From NCBI GenBank assembly GCA_951406725.2, contig OX597814.1, positions 94,116,001 to 94,180,000 on the forward strand: a stretch of DNA of 64,000 bases, written 5' to 3'. The position numbers and the translations under genes were made by a program. Below the pieces are notes generated by a model, which saw only the letters and a list, made by a program, of their open reading frames with translations, was not told the DNA's origin and searched no databases. The stretch is from Octopus vulgaris. Lineage: Eukaryota. Numbering within the stretch: the first letter of the stretch is position 1; the number at the start of each line of letters is the position of its first letter. Shown here piece by piece: positions 59,363 through 64,000 of the stretch.

Positions 59363-61489
59363 TCATTTCTACTGGAAGCACAAGGCTTCAAATCTGTGGG
59401 GTGAGAAATAGTCGATTATATCGACCCCAGTGTTTCACTGGTACTTATTTAATCGACCCCGAAAGAATGAAAGGCAAAGTCCACCCTGGCGGAATTTGAA
59501 CTAAGAATGATAGTCTGGTGTTACCGTAGGAACTGCAGCTTTCAGAATATATGTTTGTTTCTTTTACTTTTACTAGAAACAATAATAATTTCTAGCTACA
59601 AAACGTCATAGTTGTAATAACATAGTATAGTGTAGTGAAACATTAAAAATTGCAAATGCAAAAAAATTACACGAATTAATAAATATATACAGATATAAAG
59701 AAATAAAATCAAAGGGGCAAGAAGCTGGCTGGTTCCAAGATGAGGTCAGGGTAAATCATGACCCCTCCCAGTTACTACACTATCTATAGCATATCTCGTT
59801 TTTCAGAAAGAGTCCGTGAATATCTTCGATGTGTGTTTCGTAAATGAAGATATCTCATGCTTTCTTCAGAGTTTAATTTTTCTTTGAGTAGTCTTTTATC
59901 TTTGTGTTATTAATAATCTAGTCTTTAAATAAGAATTCTCAGAAAAGTATTCCCTATCTTTAAATAATAGATTGTACCCGTCCGCTTATTTCACCTCATT
60001 CAGTAGAGCCTTTTATCTCATTGTTGGCAATTCCCAAAGCTATGGGTTTCAAGCAATGGACTATAAAATGGATTTAGCACTGAAAATGAGCCTACAAATT
60101 CGACGAACTTTGTGCGCTTCACACATAAAGATATGCAACTGCTAAAATATATAGAGAAACAAACCACAAGAGTACGATCGTTGATTTTGGTTTATAGTAT
60201 TCTCTGCAGTACAGTAGAAGCGATTGGTTCTCAAGATTAACATGCTACAACATGAGGACGGATAGATTTTACAGGGTAGGTGCTGACGTTCCCCGAAAAA
60301 CAAAACGCTACCGAGAAGTAAACCCCATTGTGCGTGCAAAGAGGAAATATATTTGCTGTGCGTTGCATCGGATGAAGCGTAACTATTATGTGTATTTCAG
60401 TAAGTATAACTTCAGAAGGAGCGAGAGAAACAAACGAGGAAAGGGGGATGTGGATATCAGAAGAAACAGCAACAAAAGAGACGGCCTCAACTTCACTATT
60501 TCCAGAGCAGTATATCCAGAGATCGACGCCGAAGAAATATTGACTCATGAATTGCCAAGCATTGACAATTTTAAACAAGCACAGTGATAAATGCAAGCGT
60601 GATTTGGACTCATTAGATCTCGTCAAAGGAGAGGCCACACAGCCTTTTGAAACAACCTCCATACGCTTTTTTTGTCCAGGAAACAAACCAATATTAGAAT
60701 TTCTCAGTACTTCATAAGGTATGGAAACGAAGAATTAGAGCGTTTCTTTTTTCGAAATTTAGTCTTGAATGCACGCGATTGCACAATTGAGAAGGCATGC
60801 ATTTCGAAATATGTATGTGCATTGGTCTAAAAAAAAAATCATTTTTCACACCAAGGGAATAGGATTTTTGCCGAAACGCTCTAGAATAATTTGTTGCGAA
60901 AGTAATTCAATCTGCATAACTCATTTTCTGTTTTTTATATAAAGTGAACGTGATAAAATGCAATTTTATTCTGGAGCTGCGTCACACAAGCCCTCTCACT
61001 GCAAATTATAACGACAGCGATAACAACAACAATAAAACAACGACGACTAGAATAACAATAATTAACAACTAGAATGACAACATCCAGAAAAATAACAACA
61101 ACAAAAGCAAGAAAGAGAAAATGGAAAAGGCGGGAGCAGGAATAGCTGCAGAAATATTAGTGAAGAGAAAATAGCCCGTTTTGAAGTGATAATGACAAGC
61201 AAAATATATAAGGTTTCAGATTACAGGGAAAATCCGTTAAATTCTGTTGGAAGTGTAAAGGAATTGAGTAAAGATGATTACCAGCTTAATAATTGGAATT
61301 CTAAGGTTTCAGTCATTATGCATCACATGAGTGTATTCATACAAGTGCATTTTAAAGCACAATCAGACGTACAAGCAAGCTTACACAAAACATACATACA
61401 AGCAGGCGTGTTGTACTCATACACCACACACACACAGACACAAACACACATTCTTTTATTCTTTTCTTTTCTTTTCTTCTTTTCTTTTC

Positions 61490-61687
61490 TTTTATTTGTT
61501 TCAGTTATTTGACTGCGGTCATGCTGGAACACCGCCTTTAGTCGAGCAAATCGACGCCAGGACTTATTCTTTGGAAGCCTAGTACTTATTCTCTCGGTCT
61601 CTCTTGCCGAACCACTAAGTGACGGGCATAAACACACCAGCATCGTTTGTCAAGTGATATTGTGGGGGCAAATACAGACATACAAAC

Positions 61688-61737
<50 letters not shown>

Positions 61738-61815
61738 ACGACGGGCTTCTTCCAGTTTCCGTCTAACAAATCCACTCACAAGGCTTTGGTTGGCCCGAGG
61801 CTATAGTAGAAGACA
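61490..61815 (-). mobile_element. SINE of 11222 family, 5'-truncated
   Basis: Reverse complement of 28900-29220. Confidence 0.85.
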
Positions 61816-62015
61816 TGTAATATATTTATGTATAATATACGAACACCCATATACATAATGTGTGTGTGTGCGTGTGTGTGCGTGTGTGAGTGTGTGCGTG
61901 TGTGAGTGAGTGCGTGTGTATACATAATAAACACACATATGTGTATATTGCATGTGCTCGTAAATATACGGGTAATATATTAATGGCTATTTGCACACAA
62001 AGTTCTAATATATAT

Positions 62016-62097
<82 letters not shown>

Positions 62098-62217
62098 CTA
62101 TACTGTTGAGTCTGGGGAGAGTCATTCCCTTTTAGTGCCATATAATTTAACACACTTACCGGTAAAATTTCCACTTATTTCTTTTTTATTTTTCTAAAAT
62201 GTTCGTTACGTCTTATG

Positions 62218-62265
<48 letters not shown>

Positions 62266-62399
62266 AGGGGGTAATATATATAATCCGTTCGTCTGTCCTT
62301 GTTTGTCCCCTCTGTGTTTAGCCCCTTGTGGGTAGAAAAGAAATAGATAATAAAACTGCTGAAAATTTCAGCCGCTAAGGCGTACGGAAAAGCTCTCAG

Positions 62400-63050
62400 A
62401 CCTAAAGTCTGCAATGTTTATAGAGATTTTACTTCTACATCTACTGGTAAAAGGATTGGAATAATTCATAGTCGTTAACTATCTTCATATCAGAAAAATA
62501 ATGAAGACAAATATATAACGAATGCATATGCCATAACAACTTATACTAAAGGAAACAAAAAGATGACCGGCTTTACGATGTCTCCGTGAACGTTTGTGAT
62601 AGAGCTGAGAAACTCCGTCGTATATGACTATCAGTCATGCAGTGTATATGTACAGAGATGATGGATTAACAGTGTCATAAAGCATAAATAAAGACTTATT
62701 TTGAATGCGCTTGATAAGAAAATTCAATGATTTCATTAGCACCATCCTAAAGATATTAAAATTCTTAGATATATCCCCAGATTTAAACAAGAGAGATTAT
62801 TATTACTATGACAAATTAGAGAAGCATATACATACAGAAGAATGCAAACAGCAATTCAGACATGTCTAGAAATAATGCAGCCAGTAAAATTATGAATGTT
62901 TCGAACCAATCATCAAACAGAAAAAAATTAGCAACGTTGTTCCAGACGCTTGGAGATACTCACTTCAGTACAAAATTAGCGCTATCCAACATTCCTCACA
63001 AATTTAAATATCAAGAAGAGTATAATATGATCTAATCTACCAGAAAACAT
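62400..63050 (+). mobile_element. Highly decayed Penelope-type reverse transcriptase fragment
   Basis: RLYDVSVNVCDRAE (cf. FDVTMGSYDGAE), MYRDDGLTV (cf. LYRDDGL), KFLDISPDLN, SNQSSN in the expected order. Confidence 0.6.
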
Positions 63051-64000
63051 TAATATAATCACCAAAATTGACATACTTTTTAACCCTCTCAATAATACCC
63101 CAGCTATTTACTAAGCCTCTCAACACTAATTAATTTAAGGCCAGTTATTTTGGCCTGTGTGTTATTACTGCTCTAATTTTAAACTACAACATAAATTATG
63201 TACCTAGACAGTATCCGTCTTAACAACCGAATGTTGACTTCAGAAATCCTCAATCAGTCTGGTAAGATAATAGCTATTTTCTAGAGCAGTGGTATATCGT
63301 GCGACAACTTTGAGAGAAATTATACGACAATCCCGAAATCAGTAGACTTGCAAATCATCCTTCGTGTGTACCAACACTTTAGCCATACTGTTTCAGTGAA
63401 CTAAAGTGGAATGGGTCCATATCCTATATAGATTTCTTTTTTAGTAGCCTACTCTTCTTCTTAAAGTCATCAGTTCCTTCTTACATGTACGGGCCTAACA
63501 ATACAACCACATTATCTGCATCTACCACTTCAAACAATGTAATTTGACAGTACTACATCTTGGTGAACTACTGTTTTCCTAGCACCTCTTTCTTTGCCGA
63601 TGTATGTTTATCCTCCCCATATAATTGTTTCAAAGTTAGAAATTAAGATATCACACCTTAGTCACCTGACTGGAGCAAAGTTGAGCTGTTATCTACAAAT
63701 ATCAGGTTAAGTTCATAACGGTACTCCGCCCATGCAGATGAACCTTTACTATTGCTGTGAACACAGTGATTCTAGGGTAAAAATCCCACTTTCACATTAC
63801 CAAAAACTTGATTTAAGTTCAATATATCGCTTTGTTCATTGTCTAAGACAACAATGCCTAAAAAAACCCAAGAGTTCTCAGTTGATCGTCAAATCACAAG
63901 CAAATTAACGGAGTATAGCCCGTCAAAAGACATGGATTTCAGGACATAAGTAGTTGCTTTAATTTCATATAATCTATATTTCCTCCTACATGGAGTATAA

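Noticed and set aside
63300-64000. Possible decayed LINE on minus strand (also 50200-50600)
   Set aside because: Only vague resemblance; no diagnostic motif readable by eye.

Overview
AT-rich, microsatellite-saturated eukaryotic genomic DNA. The SINE families and repeat landscape look like an octopus/coleoid cephalopod genome (inference from recalled repeat sequences). The only host coding sequence I can support is one 81-bp phase-0/0 exon (32323-32403, +) of a classical AQP4-like aquaporin carrying the second NPA motif, so most or all of the window is probably intron of that gene. The rest is decayed mobile DNA: R4/Dong-like and HERO-like RLE non-LTR retrotransposon fragments, a Tx1/L1 3' end and an ORF1 remnant, and at least five Penelope-like (GIY-YIG/RT) fragments. 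Several of the Penelope-like pieces have inverted terminal repeats and minimal hammerhead ribozyme motifs. Also present are a pogo transposon, a hAT (Buster/Charlie) transposon, a Helitron helicase remnant, GG-ended MITEs carrying TTAGGG repeats, and many tRNA-like SINEs. Two patterns stand out: about a dozen fold-back (inverted-repeat) elements, mostly beside (TA)n tracts, and retroelement families that each sit in a different microsatellite type. Most ORFs in the supplied track are microsatellite translations. All comparisons were made by eye, and element boundaries without TIR/TSD support are approximate.
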